DNA of 64,000 nucleotides from the NCBI GenBank assembly GCA_963783665.1, contig CAWANZ010000007.1, positions 92,793-156,792 on the forward strand, given 5' to 3'. Under the pieces are notes generated by a model, which was not told the origin of the DNA, searched no databases, and worked only from the letters and a program-made list of their open reading frames with translations. The stretch comes from Candidatus Aminicenantes bacterium (GTDB taxonomy: Bacteria > Acidobacteriota > Aminicenantia > Aminicenantales > UBA4085). The translations under genes were made by a program, and so were the position numbers. Position 1 is the first letter of the stretch; each line of letters opens with the position of its first letter. Below are positions 37,457-53,655 of the stretch, one piece after another.

Positions 37457-39128
37457 TTACTTGTTCCAGTCGTAGGGATAGAGAAAGTCGTGCCCGATCG
37501 TCCGCGCGGAGATTTTGGCGATGGGGGGCATCTGCCGTTTGAATTCCGAGCTGCCGGATCAGCCGGATGATTTTTTCGACCCGGACTCCGGGGATATCCT
37601 TGGGCGACGAGCTCGTCTTTCGATTCCCGGCCTTCGACGAGATGCTCGAGGATTTCGTCGAGCTCGGCATAGGTCAGGCCGATTTCGCTTTCGTCCGTCT
37701 GGCCCGACCAGAGGCAGGCCGAAGGCGGCTTTCGTCCGGATGCGTTCCGGGAGCCCAGATGAGGCGCCAGCGCCCGGATCTGGGTTTTGTATAAGTCGCC
37801 CGAGCGGATTGAAGGCGCAGGCCAGATCGCCGTGGATCGTCCCGTAGCCGATCAGAAGCTCGGATTTATTGCTTGTCCCCAGAATCAGGGCTTTTTCCCG
37901 GGCGGACCAGTCGTAAAGGATGGACATTCTCTCCCGGGCCATCTTATTGCCCTTGAGCACACGGCTTGTCTGTCGGGTGTTTTTTGAAATAAGCGTCGAC
38001 CATCGGGGAGATGTCGATCGTCCGGGCGTCGATGCTTCAAGGACTTGGCGACGACGCCGGGCGTCGTCCAAGGTCGGAGCCGAAACCCTTGCCGTAGGGC
38101 ATGATCAGGCCGATCACGTTTTTCGGGCCCGAGGGCCCGGGCGGCCAAGGCTGCGCACACGGCCGAATCCAAGCCTCCCGAAAGGCCGAGGATGTCCTTT
38201 TTTAAAGCCCGTTTTGCCTAATTCCTCCCGGAGGAAGGAGGTCAGGATTTTTTCGACGAACGCCGGATTAATCTTCATCGCGGTGGACGATCCTTTCCAG
38301 GTTGGCCAGGGTGACTTCAGGCCGGTCGTCCCGTTTGAAGGTCGCGGCCGGCGGGCCTTGCGGATATCGTCGGGATTGATCTCGGCCAGGAGGAAATCCG
38401 GCTCGGCGTAACGCGGCCTGGGCGACGAGGTTTCCCGAACGGGTCCGAAGATAAACGACCCTCCGGCGAAATCCGCCCCGTCCTCGAATCCCGACGCGGT
38501 TGCAATAGACGACGACGGAGGTGGTCAGGCGGGCGGCCGTTTCGCCCATGACCTCCCACATCCGGCTGGTCGCGAATCCGTTTTCGCCGGCGACACCGCG
38601 GCCCGGGGCGGCGCTGATGGTGATCGAGATCTCGGCGCCGTCGGCGAACAGCAGGTAATGGGCGTTGAGATGGAGAAAATCGCGGCAGATCAGCAGGCCG
38701 GCCCGGCCCCAGGGCGTGCCGAAGGCCCGGAACGTCCGGCCCCGGGCGAAAAACCGCAGCTCCTCGAACATGCCCGAGTTGGGAAGGAACACTTTCCGGT
38801 GGAGGTGATAGATCGACCCCTTATGGAGAAAGGCCGCGGAATTGTAAAAAAGGCCCCGCTCCTCGGGGCGATTCCTCGACGAATCCCAGGACCAGGGCAA
38901 GCGCCCGGCCGGCGTCCCGAAGGGCTTTGAACTTCCGTGAAGAGCGGGGATTCGCGGGCGGCTTCGGCGACGAGGTCGCGCAGCTTGTAGCCGGTGAGGC
39001 TCAGCTCCGGGAAAGACCAGTAGGTCGGCTTTGGCCCGGCGGGCCTTTTCGATCGTTTCGAGGTGGAGGTCGAGGTTGCGGGCGACGTCTCCCAGAACGG
39101 GCGATATTTGAGCCAGGGCGATTTTCAT
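37457..39128 (-). CDS. nadE: glutamine-dependent NAD+ synthetase (nitrilase domain + NadE domain); many frameshifts
   Basis: [14 protein letters not shown]..., the CN-hydrolase core (LLICRDF) and the ATP-PPase motif [11 protein letters not shown]. The C-terminal [28 protein letters not shown] is reconstructed over three frames. Confidence 0.8.
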
Positions 39129-39201
39129 ATCTTCAAAGTTAGCACAAACCGGCGGGCCGGCCAAATTTGATATTTTTATTTTTTTCGATAGAATAGGCCC
39201 A

Positions 39202-42792
<3,591 letters not shown>

Positions 42793-42910
42793 GGGCTTCA
42801 TTCTAACGAAATCGACCGGAGAAAGAAAATCCCCCTCGGCACGGCCTCCGTCGAGGGGGAGGCCGAGGGCGGATTGCGGGGCGGAGCGACGGGGAGGCGA
42901 ACCGTCCCGG

Positions 42911-44091
42911 TTATTTGCCGGTGCGCTTTTTCGCCGCGGCGACCAGGGCGTCGAACTTGCCCGGGCCGGCTTTCATCTGCGGCGGCGAGGTTGTTGAGGG
43001 TGACCGTTTCCTTGTCGATCAATTCTTTGAGCTTCCGGTACTCGCGGCTTCTCGTCGGGGGTGAGCTCTTCTTCGCTCTTTTCGCCGAATTTTTTATTGA
43101 TGGTGGTCGGTCCAATCCTTGATGAGGGCCTGGCTTTCTTCGGCCAGCTTGATCCGGCTGTTCCATTCCTTGTCCTGGCCGAAGAACAGCGACCGGGCGA
43201 TGTCCTGGCACTGCTTCGCCGTTTCGGGTCGAGGAAGCTGGCGTCGAGGAGGAAGTCGACGGCGTCTTCGGTCAAGGCCGGGTTGGTCTTGGCCTCGTTG
43301 GCCAGCATGATCCCGATATTGTAGGCCATGGCCCCGGTTTTGTTCTTGGCGTACATGTCTTTGAACATCTGCATGGCTTCGGCCTGCCGCCCTGCTTGTT
43401 CAGGATCTGGGCGAGAATGGTCAGGCTTTCCTGGTCCTTGCCGGTTCCGGCCAGGTAAGCGGAAGACCGGTTCGGCTTCGGACGAACTTTCCGGCATCGT
43501 AGAAGCCCTTGCCGATTTTTTTGACTTCGCCGAGGACGGCCCCGTCCTTGGTGACTTTGTAGGCTTGGTTATAGGCCTCGAGGGCGCCGTTGATGTCGCC
43601 GGATTTTTCCAGCGCCTGGGCCGTCAGGTAATGCGCCTGGCCGATCGTCAGGGTCCATGTTTTGGCGTTGGCCGCTTCGGCTTCCTTGCCCTTGGCAGCG
43701 TTGGCGTGCTGGATGACCTGCTGGGCGGCGGCTTTAGCTTTATCGAATTGGTTCGCTTTTCAGGTTGATGTCGGCGATGGCGTAAGAGCAGAGAGCCTTT
43801 CATCATGTCGTCGATCCCGCCGGCGGCGATCGCTTTTTCGGCCAGGCTGATCGTATCGGCGTCGTATTGCTTGGCCTGGTATTGGAGGAGGCAAAGGTAG
43901 GCGTAAGCGTAATTGTCGTATTTATTGCCTTTGCCGGCGTATAGGGAGACATATTCCTTGAGGAGCTTGGTCTTTTCGGCCGCGTCTTTGGCCTGCATCG
44001 CCTTGATGTAGACCTCGTCCGCGCTCTGGGCAAAGGCCGTTCCCCCGAGGAAAAGGGAGAAACAAATGGTGAGAAAAAGGATCCTTTTCAT
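42911..44091 (-). CDS. TPR-repeat secreted/lipoprotein, hypothetical; many frameshifts
   Basis: Signal peptide MKRILFLTICFSLFLGGTAFAQ and TPR-like AYAYLCLLQYQAKQYD. C-terminal ...AGPGKFDALVAAAKKRTGK. Confidence 0.55.
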
Positions 44092-44256
44092 GTTGGACTC
44101 CTCAAAAAAATTTGATTCATCATATCCCAGCCGCTCCGGCGGTGTCAAATTCCTCCCGAAACCCCCTCCCGGGAAGCTTCTCCAGGGGTTACATGATGCA
44201 ACCCTCGTGCCATTTCAACCGCTTTTTCATTGCATCCCGGAGACGGCGGGGATAAA

Positions 44257-45206
44257 ATGCGCCTGATGACGGACATCCGGCGGTTGATTGAGACTGAGAC
44301 AGGGCGGTCTCCCGAAATCGGGCGTCGTCCTTAAAAACCATTCGAATTTTAAAATCGGCGGGCCGGCCGACTTCTTTTTCGAGGCGGTCACCCTCGATGA
44401 GCTGCGGAAGGTCATCTCCGTCGCCCGGAGATCCGGATTTAGATATTACGTGATCGGAGGCGGATTCAACCTCCTCTTCGACGACGCCGGATTCAGAGGT
44501 TTAATAATCCGGAACGCTTGCCGGGGACTCGAATTCGACCCGGTTTCGCTCCGGCTGACCGCTCTTGGCGGGACTCCGTTGGAAGACCTGACGGCTCTTT
44601 GCCGGACGCACGGGCTTTCCGGCTTGGAATTCCTGGCCGGGATTCCCGGAACCGTGGGCGGAGCGGTTTACGGCAATGCCGGGGCTTTCGGGAGGTCCGT
44701 CGGGGAAATTCTCGAAGAAGCCCTTCTCCTGGACGCCGCCGGGGCCGAAAAACGAGCCGTCACCCCTGGAAATTTTGAATTCGGCTACCGGGATTCGCGG
44801 CTGAAAAGAACGGGCGAAGTCGTCCTTTCCGCGGTCTTTCGGGCCGTTTCCGGCGAGGCCGCGGCCGTCTCCGCCTGCATGGATTCCTACCTGGCTCTTC
44901 GGGCCGAACGCCATCCCTCCCGGGACATGGCCTATGCCGGGAGCTTTTTTAAAAATCCCCTCGGCCCCGATGGAAAGCGGCTCGCGGCCGGCAAGCTCCT
45001 CGAACAGGTCGGGAGCCAAAGAGATAACGATCGGCGGAGCGGCGGTTTACGAAGGGCATGGGAATTTTCTCTACAATCGGGGAAAAGCCACGGCGGTTGA
45101 CGTCAGGCGGCTGGCCGCCGTCCTTAAGGCCAAGGTGAAAGAACGTTTCGGCGTGGAGTTGGAAGAAGAAGTTATTTTTCTTCCAGCAGAGCCCGAAGGC
45201 GTTTGA
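44257..45206 (+). CDS. murB: UDP-N-acetylenolpyruvoylglucosamine reductase; frameshifted (start approximate)
   Basis: LKNHSNFKIGGPADFF, YYVIGGGFNLL, GIPGTVGGAVYGNAGAFG and SFFKNP. The C-terminal GGAAVYEGHGNFLYN... is in another frame (shift near 45015). Confidence 0.85.
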
Positions 45207-46044
45207 TCGAGCCGGCCGCGGCGCCCCGTTTTTTAAGAAGCTCCAGCGACGCCAGCCCGACCGTCCGGTATGCCGCCCGGGCCCGGGGGACGCGCCGCAA
45301 AGCCTTCAATTGCCGTTCGATTGTCCCGAAATCCAGGCGGGCGAGAGGGCCCGTCAGGGCTTCCGGCGCGTCAAAGACTTTGACATTCCGTAAAGTTCCT
45401 TCGACAAGAGGGAGAAGTGCCTTTTTTGCATCCGGTGCGGGCACACCGGCCGCCATCATGGTCTCGACGGCCAGCTCGACGAGGGGCGGCAGGAGGTTGG
45501 AGGCAAGGACGCAGGCGGCGTGATAGAGGGTTTTTTGCCTGGAAGCGAGAACGATCGAGCGTCCGCCCAACGCCCGGACCAACGACTTTAGCCGTCCGGA
45601 CGGCGGAGGGGTCTCCTTCCAGCCCGAAAACCGTTCCCCGGAAATGGGACGGGGGAGTGGATGGCTTCGAAAAAGACTGGGCCGGATGGAACGAGCCGAC
45701 GGCCGCTCCCCGTTTCGCCAACCGGAAAGCCGCGAGGCCGGCTCCAATCCGCTCGTGTGGAAGACCGTCTTGCCCCGGCCGCAAAATCCGGCGGCGCAAA
45801 GCCGGGCGACAGCCGCGGGAAGCGCGCCGTCGGGGACGGCGATAAAAACGATGTCGGCGGCCGCGGCCGCCGCGGCCGGATCCCCGGTCACCCGGCCCCG
45901 GCCGATGATGTGTTTCGCCCTTCGAGCGGCCCGCGACATCCGCGTCGGAAAGACCGGCGATTTCAAATCCGGCTCGGGCCAGGGCGTTTCCCAGCGAAGT
46001 CCCCAACCTTCCCGTCCCAATGATCGCGACTTTCCTTTTTTCAT
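45172..46044 (-). CDS. Rossmann-fold NAD(P)-binding / DUF2520-like protein; frameshifted
   Basis: MKK(R)KVAIIGTGRLGTSLGNALA (shift in the A-run at the 5' end). The C-terminal YHAACVLASN...EALTGPLARLD resembles DUF2520. Confidence 0.6.
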   Translation of the reverse strand: MKKGKSRSLGREGWGLRWETPWPEPDLKSPVFPTRMSRAARRAKHIIGRGRVTGDPAAAAAAADIVFIAVPDGALPAAVARLCAAGFCGRGKTVFHTSGLEPASRLSGWRNGERPSARSIRPSLFRSHPLPRPISGERFSGWKETPPPSGRLKSLVRALGGRSIVLASRQKTLYHAACVLASNLLPPLVELAVETMMAAGVPAPDAKKALLPLVEGTLRNVKVFDAPEALTGPLARLDFGTIERQLKALRRVPRARAAYRTVGLASLELLKKRGAAAGSIKRLRALLEEK

Positions 46045-46518
46045 TTTTTTTTCCGGGCGAAGGCTTCCGCCCACAGCGAGACTTCGAGGGCCGAGGCGGC
46101 TTCCTCGTCCTTGTCCATCTCCCGGGCTTTCCGGCGTTCGCGAAGGCTCTTCTTCATTTCCCGATAAAATTCGTCACAGCGCAGAGACGTCGCCCCGGCC
46201 TCCCGGGCGATCGCCCGGATCTCCCGGTCCGAGCTGACGACGAACAGGTTGCGGCGGTCGGGCCGGCGCTCAATATAGTCCACGATGAGGGAATCGGCCG
46301 ATTCTCCGGGCGGGGGAAAAAGAACCGAAAACTTCTCCTTCCCCGGGTCGGGGAAATCCGTCCGGCGCGACCCCGTCGAAGACCAGGATCACCCGGGTCC
46401 GGGTCTGACGCTGAAAGGCCTGAAGCTTCCCGACGAGGGCCGAGCGGTGAGCCGGGTCGCGATGGAATCCGGCGTAGACGTGCCCGAGGAGGTTGTTGCC
46501 GTCGATGAGATAGGCCAT
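46041..46518 (-). CDS. NYN/YacP-like nuclease-domain protein; one frameshift near 46290
   Basis: MAYLIDGNNLLG...RVILVFDG... continues in the other frame as ...ADSLIVDYIERRPDRRNLFVVSSDREI. Confidence 0.7.
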
Positions 46519-46519
46519 G

Positions 46520-46864
46520 TCATCCGGGCGGCCAGCGCATCTTCCGGCCGCCGAGGAGATGGACGTGAATATGAAAAACGTCCTGGCCGGAGTCGGGGCC
46601 GGTATTGATGACAAGGCGGTAACCGGAGGCCTTGACTCCTTTAAGCTCGGCGATTCCGGGGGCTTTGGCCAGGATGTGCCCGACAAGATCCGTCTGCCCC
46701 GGCTGAAGGTCGTTGAGCGAGGCGATGTGCTCCCTGGGGATGATCAGGGTGTGGACCGGGGCCTGGGGCCGGATGTCGTCGAAGGCGATGATCCGGTCGT
46801 CCTCGTAGATGACTTTGGCCGGGATGTCCTTGGCGGCGATCCGGCAGAAGATGCAGTCGCTCAT
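46520..46864 (-). CDS. HIT-family (histidine triad) nucleotide hydrolase
   Basis: CIFCRI..., HIHVHLLGG histidine triad. Confidence 0.9.
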   Translation of the reverse strand: MSDCIFCRIAAKDIPAKVIYEDDRIIAFDDIRPQAPVHTLIIPREHIASLNDLQPGQTDLVGHILAKAPGIAELKGVKASGYRLVINTGPDSGQDVFHIHVHLLGGRKMRWPPG

Positions 46865-46901
46865 GGTGGTCCTCCTCCGCCCGGTCGGGGCGGGCCGCCG
46901 C

Positions 46902-48169
46902 TCAATCCTTGATTCGCTCGATCCGGGCGCCCAGCTGCCGGAGCTTGGCTTCGATGGCCTCGTACCCGCGGTCGATATGCTCGACTTCGTTGACGATGGT
47001 CTCTCCGCCGGCCACCAGGCCGGCCAGGAGCAGCCCGGCCGAGGCCCGCAGGTCCGAGGCCGTCACTTCGGCGCCGGAGAGCGGCGTCGGGCCGCGGACG
47101 ATCGCCTTGTCCCCGGTCACTTCGATGGAGGCGCCCAGGCGCAGGAGCTCGTTGACGTGCTGAAAGCGGCGGTCGAAGATCGTTTCGGTGATGATCGACG
47201 TGCCCGCGGCCTGGGTCATCAGGACCATGAACTGGGCCTGCATGTCCGTCGGAAATCCGGGGAACGGCGAGGTCGTGATGTCCTGGGGCGTGATGACGGA
47301 CGGCCCGACGACCCGGAGCTGGTCGGCTCCGAGGATGTCGACATGGGCGCCGGAATAACGCAGCTTGTCGATCGTCGTGATGAGATGGTCGGGGCGGACG
47401 CCGTGAAGGACGATGTCCCCCTTGGTCAGGGCGCCGGCGACCATATAGGTCCCGGCCTCGATGCGGTCGGGGATGATTTCGTGGGCCGCCCCGCCCAGGC
47501 TGTCCACGCCCATGATCCGGATCGTTTCTTCGCCGATGCCGCTCGATTTTTGCGCCCATTTTGACCAGGAGCTCGCAAAGGCATTGGACTTCGGGCTCAC
47601 GGGCGCAGTTTCGGAGGATCGTTTCCCCCCTGGCCAGGGCGGCGGCCATGACCAGGTTTTCCGTGCCGCCGACGGTGGTTTTTTCGAAGTGGATCTCGGT
47701 CCCCTGGAGACGGGGGGCCTCGGCCTTGATATACCCGTGTTCCAGGGTGATGGTCGGCCCCGAGTTTCTGGAGACCGGACATATGGAGGTCGATCGGCCG
47801 GGAGCCGATCGCGCAGCCGCCGGGCAGGGCGACCAGGGCTTTGCCGAACCGGGCGACCAGCGGGCCGAGGACCAGGATGGACGCCCGCATCAGCTTGACC
47901 AGGTCGTAGGAGGCCTCTTCCCGGAGGAGGTTCCGGGCCCGGATTTCGAGGGCGTTTTCCTTGAGGTCCGTTTCCGCCCCGAGCTCCCGCAGGAGGGTCA
48001 TCATCGAATAGACGTCGCGGACGAGGGGGACGTTGGTCAGGCGGAGATAATCCTCGGTCAGAAGGGCGGCGGCGATGGCCGGAAGGACCGCGTTTTTCGA
48101 ACCGGAAACGCGGACGTTCCCCCGGAGAGAGAGGTCGGGTCCGCCGTTGATCCGTATGCGTTCCATCAT
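46902..48169 (-). CDS. murA: UDP-N-acetylglucosamine 1-carboxyvinyltransferase; frameshifted
   Basis: [25 protein letters not shown]..., [14 protein letters not shown] and the C-terminal [19 protein letters not shown]. At least 2 frame changes between 47300 and 47800. Confidence 0.88.
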
Positions 48170-48244
48170 CCGCGATTCTAGACGATTGAAAGGGAAATTA
48201 CAAACCCGTCGCCCGGCGGTGGGGCGGGCCGGCCGGTTTGCCTG

Positions 48245-49649
48245 TCAGACCCTCTTCAGGGCCTGCTCCAGGTCGCGCGATCACGTCGTCCGGATTCTCG
48301 GCCCCGACGCACAGCCGGATGAGCTGGGGCGGCACATCGGCCATGCGGCGGGCTTCCTCGCCCTGCTGTTGATGGGTCGAAACGGCCGGAATCGTGGCGA
48401 TGCTCTTGATCCGGCCCAGGTCGGTCGCCCGGTAGATCATCTTGAATCCGTCATAGACTTTCCGGGCGTTGGCCGGCGGGCCGTCGACCCGGAAGCCCAT
48501 GAGATGGCCATAGCGGTTGACTTCCTTGCCGGTTCCGTCGTTGGAGTCAACCAGGGTCATATATTTTTTGGCGAGGGGATGGAGCGGATGGGAGGAAAGG
48601 CCGAGGTAATCCACTTGGTAGACTTTCGGGTGCTTGCTCAGCCATTCGGCCACTTTCTGGCAATTGGAGCTGACCAGGTCCATCCGGCAACTGAGGGTCC
48701 GCAGCTCATTCAGGGCCATCATGGCGTTGAACGGAGAGGCGGCCGGCCCGTTGTCCCGGTAGGGAAGGAACTTCACGTATTCGGCGTAGCTGTCCTTGAA
48801 GAGAGGATGGTCGTTTACGACCTTCGTCGTGATCGGCTTGCGGCTGATCAGGGCGCCGCCGATCGCCGTCCCGCTCATGGTGATGGACTTGGTCAGGGAG
48901 TGGACGACGATGTCGGCTCCGTGGGCCAAGGGCCGCATCAAGGCGGGCGTGGCGCAGGTGGAGTCGACGATGAACGGGATACCCCATTTGTGGGCCAAGT
49001 CGGCAACCGCCTTCACGTCGCAGAACGACTGCTGGGGATTGCTCGGGGCTTCCATGTAGAGGAAGCGGGTGTTTTCGTCGATTTTCTCGGCCCAGCTCTC
49101 AATCTTTTCGGGCTTGCAGACCCAACGGACTTCGAGTCCCCGTTCCTGGGCTTTCCGTAGGTTGAAGAGCTGGAATGTCCCGCCGTAGGCCTGGATGCAG
49201 GAGACGAAATTGATCTTTTCGTTGTCCTTCTGCCGGACCAGGAGGGGGTCGACGGCCATCGAGATGGCCGCCATTCCCGAAGCGGTGAGGACGCAGGACG
49301 CATCCACGCCGGCCTTGTAGCTTTCGAGGAGGGCGAGGACCCATTCCAGGTAGTAGGTCGTCGGATTCGCGATCCGGGTATAGCACCAGGTCGGGACGAG
49401 ATAGGCCAGGGCGGCCTCCAGCTCGTCGGAGTCGCGGTAATGCTGGGAGGTCGAGAGGTAGAGCGGCTCGATGACCGCGCCCTGATTGCGGCTATAGGAT
49501 TCTTCGAGGGTATAGAGACCGTGGACGGCGATCGTGTCGAATTTCCAAGTCTTTGCCCGGGCGATCTGTTCGTTGCGTTCGGCAATGAGCTTTTCGGCTT
49601 CCTTGACGTACTTCATGACTCCGGGGCTGTAGGAGCTGGCGTCGGTCAT
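48245..49649 (-). CDS. metY: O-acetylhomoserine/O-acetylserine sulfhydrylase (PLP, Cys/Met metabolism family); +1 frameshift near 48277
   Basis: PLP-lysine context VHSLTKSITMSG. Removing one C in atcgcgCgacctg gives ...DDVIADLEQALKRV-stop at 48245. A GC hairpin follows. Confidence 0.85.
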
Positions 49650-49755
49650 AGGACCTCCTCGGAATTTCCGGCCTCGTCGGGGCCGGTCGATCCGCCCGTC
49701 ATCTTATCGAACGCGTCCGTCCGGGTCAAGCCGGCCGGAGGACGAGACAGGAGGA

Positions 49756-50766
49756 CTAGAATCGAATCGAAAAGCCGAGCTTGACGACCCCGCCAGAGAC
49801 GTTCAGGTTGAATGTTTCCGAGGACTTGACGTCCGCCCCGGCCGTCGGCCGGTTGTCGATCAGCTCGATCTCCGTTCCTTCGGTATCCCAGTCCGCGGTC
49901 AAGGTCTTCGTTCCGGATCATCCATTTCCCATCCCAGGTCTCGACCGTCGATCCGTTCACTTCCCGGCTCTCGCCGCTGAGGGAAAAGACGACGTGATAG
50001 GCGTACCCGGCCTCGATAAAAAGGGCGAAGGGGCGGCTGATGTTAAAATCGAGCCGCGTTCCGGCTTCGAACATGATGCCCCAGCCCCTGCCTTCCATTC
50101 GGAAGGCCCGGCTGATGGTCGGGGCGATGGTCGTCCGGTCCCCGTTGATGATGCTTTCGAACCCTTCCGTCCATGTCTTTTCGTACAGGGCGTTGGCGAA
50201 GAACGGGCCGACGCCGATGTACAGCCCGGCGTCCACCCCCCGCCCTTCGGTCATGTTGTAGTAAGCGGTGATCGGGAGGCAAAACCCGGTGACCCGGAGC
50301 CGGTAATTATCGAAGTTAACCGAGTCCGCGTACCCCTCGTTGGTGTCGACCGATCGGACGTATTCGATCGGAAGAGGCTGGTCGACCTGGCTGGAGAACA
50401 TCCGGAAACCGACGCCGAACGTGACCATAAACCAGGGGGACTGAAACCTCGCCTTGAGTTCGAAGGGGAACGTCCGCTTCAGCGAGGGGAAGCCGTCGTC
50501 CAATCCCTCGACGCTCCAGTACTTGATCTGGCCCTGGGTGTACATCCAGGTGAAGCGGTTGTCGTAATAAAAGGCGTGCATGTCGTCGTTGGCTTCGGCG
50601 ACCAGGAACATGTCGCCGAAGACCGACGACATCCAGGCTCCCGGAGAAGCTCGAATCGGACTTTCGGCAGCCAGTCTTCCTCGGTATATTGAGCGGCCAG
50701 GGGAAGGCTTCCCGCGCAGAGAGCGAAGATCAGTCCGATCCCCAGAGCCTTGGGCAGTGTTTTCAT
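49756..50766 (-). CDS. outer-membrane beta-barrel protein, hypothetical; two frameshifts
   Basis: Signal peptide MKTLPKALGIGLIFALCAGSLPLAAQ and amphipathic beta-strand pattern. The reconstructed C-terminus is ...NLNVSGGVVKLGFSIRF (terminal Phe). Confidence 0.6.
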
Positions 50767-50961
50767 CGGCGTCATCCTTTCACGGCAATCGCCCCGAAGG
50801 GAGATGATTGTACAGGAAAACGGGGTCGGAACGCCATCTCACTCCCGGCGCTCGGGCGGATAGGCCCGCTCGAGAACAAAACCCCGGCCCGGGCCGCGGC
50901 GTTGCGGGCGTGATATAATCGGCTTCCCCGCCGGCCCGGGCGCGGCGAGGAGGAGACCGAT

Positions 50962-52074
50962 GTGACGAAAGCCAAAGTGGCGATTCTGAGGACGCGTCCC
51001 GAGACCGTCCTGGACGATACGGTCCGGCTGTTTGAGCTGGCCGACGGGCCGAAGAGCCTGAAACCCGGGACGCCGGTCATCCTCAAGGACAATATCAGCT
51101 GGCATTTTCCGTTTCCCTCGGCCAACACGACGCCGTGGCAGCTGGAAGGGACGATCCTGGCTCTCCGCCGGCACGGGTTTTCCGACCTGGTTTGCGTCCA
51201 GAACAAGACCGAGGTCACCGATGCCTTAAAAGGCGAGGATCTGAACGGCTACAAGCCCATCTTCCAGGCCCACGGGATCGAGGTCCGGTTCAATTTCAAG
51301 GACGAGGACATGCGGTGGGTGCCCTTCAAGCCGAAAGCCCGGCTGCGGGCTCTCGGCGACATCTACGGTGACGACCTGAGGATTCCGGACTTTTTCATCG
51401 GCCGGAACATCGTCCATCTCCCGACCGTCAAGTGCCACATCTACACCACGACGACCGGAGCGATGAAAAACGCCTTCGGCGGCCTCCTCAACCACAAGCG
51501 CCACCAGACGCACACCCGCATCCATGAAACCCTGGTGGACCTGCTGGCCATCCAAAGGGAGATCCATCCGGGATTGTTTTGCATCATGGACGGGACGACG
51601 GCCGGCAACGGCCCCGGGCCGCGGATCATGGAGCCCGTCCGGAAGGACGTCCTCCTGGCCGGGGCTGATCAGGTCGCGATCGACGCGGTGGCCGCCCGCC
51701 TGATGGGCTTCGACCCGATGAGCATCCCCTATATCCGGATGGCTCACGAGGACGGGCTCGGCGTCGGCGACCCACGCGAGATCGCCCTCGTTGGCGACGA
51801 AGCGGCGGGCGCCGAAAGCTGGGGCTTCAAGGTGGGCATGTGCTTCCATAAATTCGCCGGCTGGGCGACCTGGTTCGGCCCGACCAAGTTTATGCAGAAG
51901 ATCCTGACCCGGCCGCCGGTCCTCTACCTGGGGAACTTCTACTCCTTCTTCTATCACGACGTTATCCATTGGCGGTTCAAGGAAGGCAGGATCTACCGCC
52001 GCTGGCTCGAAGAATCCGATTGGGGCCGCCTGTTTGCCCGCTATCGGGCGGAGGGGACCTTGCGGTCCCGCTGA
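50962..52074 (+). CDS. DUF362-domain protein
   Basis: Pattern KPN.../HLPTVKCHIYTTTTGAMKNAFGGL.../IMDGTTAGNGPGP typical of DUF362. Confidence 0.7.
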   Translation: MTKAKVAILRTRPETVLDDTVRLFELADGPKSLKPGTPVILKDNISWHFPFPSANTTPWQLEGTILALRRHGFSDLVCVQNKTEVTDALKGEDLNGYKPIFQAHGIEVRFNFKDEDMRWVPFKPKARLRALGDIYGDDLRIPDFFIGRNIVHLPTVKCHIYTTTTGAMKNAFGGLLNHKRHQTHTRIHETLVDLLAIQREIHPGLFCIMDGTTAGNGPGPRIMEPVRKDVLLAGADQVAIDAVAARLMGFDPMSIPYIRMAHEDGLGVGDPREIALVGDEAAGAESWGFKVGMCFHKFAGWATWFGPTKFMQKILTRPPVLYLGNFYSFFYHDVIHWRFKEGRIYRRWLEESDWGRLFARYRAEGTLRSR

Positions 52075-52079
52075 CTCCG

Positions 52080-53655
52080 ATGCGGCTGATCTCGAAAAGC
52101 AAATACCTGGCCGGGTTGCAATGCCGGAAGCTATTCTGGACATATTTCAAGGACCCTAAATCCATCCCGCCGATCGATGCGGCCACCCAAGCTATTTTCG
52201 ACCAGGGCCACGAAGTCGGCGACCTGGCGAAAACGCTTTTCCCCGGAGGTCTGGAAATCGAGGGCGAACCCTGGAAATTTAGTGATTTGATGGCCCGGAC
52301 CCGCGAGGCGATGAAAAAGCGGGTTCCCCTCTACGAAGCGGCCTTCGGGGCCCGCGGCTCATTTGCCCGGGCGGACATCCTCGTTCCGGTCGAAGAGAAG
52401 GCCTGGGATATCGTCGAGGTCAAGAGCGGAACCGAGGTCAAGCCGGTCAACATCCTCGATCTCTCGCTCCAGCGGTTCGCGGCCGAAAGCGACGGGCTGA
52501 AAATCCGGAAATGTTTTCTCATGCACATCGATAACACCTACGTCCGCCGCGGCCCGATCGAGGCGGAGCGATTGTTTGCCCGGGAAGACGTGACCGCAGC
52601 CGTCGACGAAGAATTCAAGAACGTCGAACCGAACCTGGAGCGCCTTCTCGCGGTGTTGGAGGAGGCGTCCACTCCGAACGTGCCGATCGGCCCGCATTGC
52701 GACGCCCCGTTTGTCTGCCCGCTTCATGACGTCTGCTGGAAATTCCTTCCCCAGGATAATCCGCTTAAAGTGAACGGCTTCAATAAAGATGAGGCGTTCA
52801 AGCTCATTCATCGCGGAATCATCAAGATCGGCGAAATGCCGCTTTACGATGGGCCGGGGGTCGGGCTCAAGAAAGCCAAGGATCTTGGTGTCTTTGTTCC
52901 CTTCAAGATCGGAGAAAAGCAAAACATTCAGATCGAAGCGGCCCGCTCGGGGCTGCCTTTCGTGAAGCCGTTCGAAATCAGGGAGTTCTTGAAAAAGCTT
53001 TCCTATCCCCGCTATTTTCTCGATTTTGAGACGTTCCAAACCGCGGTCCCGGAATTCGACGAGACGCGGCCGTATCAACAGGTCCCGTTCCAGTTTTCCC
53101 TCCACGTCGTTGCCGCGGCCGGGGCCGCGCCGGATCATTTTTCCTACCTTGCCGAAGGGAATGTCGACCCGCGGCCCGAATTCCTGGCTTTGCTTCGAGA
53201 GCGCCTCGGCGAGACCGGACCCGTCATTTGCTACAATGCCGCCTTCGAGCGCGGGATCGTGGAGGCGTCTGTCGAGGTCGTTCCGGATTTCAAGGGCTGG
53301 TGGAAAAAAACGGGCGGGCGGTTCGTCGATCTCCTGGTTCCCTTTCCGGTCGTTCGCGTATTACCATCCCGACCAGCTCGGCAGCGCTTCGCTGAAATCC
53401 GTCCTTCCGGCCGTGACCGGCGGGACGGGATACGAAGACCTGGAGATCTGCGACGGGGGGCAGGCGGCCTGGGAATACCGTCGGATCACGTTCGGCAAAG
53501 TCGAACCTGACGAACGCGCCAGGGTCCGCACACAGCTCGAAGAATACTGCGGCCTGGATACGGAAGCGATGATCCGCGTCGTTTCGGCGCTGGAAGCGCT
53601 CGAGCTTCCGGCGGTGGAACCGCGGAAGAGGAAAACGAGGGAGGGGAGGAGATGA
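52080..53655 (+). CDS. DUF2779-like protein (N-terminal PD-(D/E)xK-like nuclease region + C-terminal RNase H-like region); one frameshift near 53341-53349
   Basis: MRLISKSKYLAGLQCRKLFW..., ADILVP...WDIVEVKSGT, YFLDFETFQTAVP and ICYNAAFE. An extra C in ccctttCcgg shifts to ...FAYYHPDQLGSASLKSVLPA. Confidence 0.65.
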
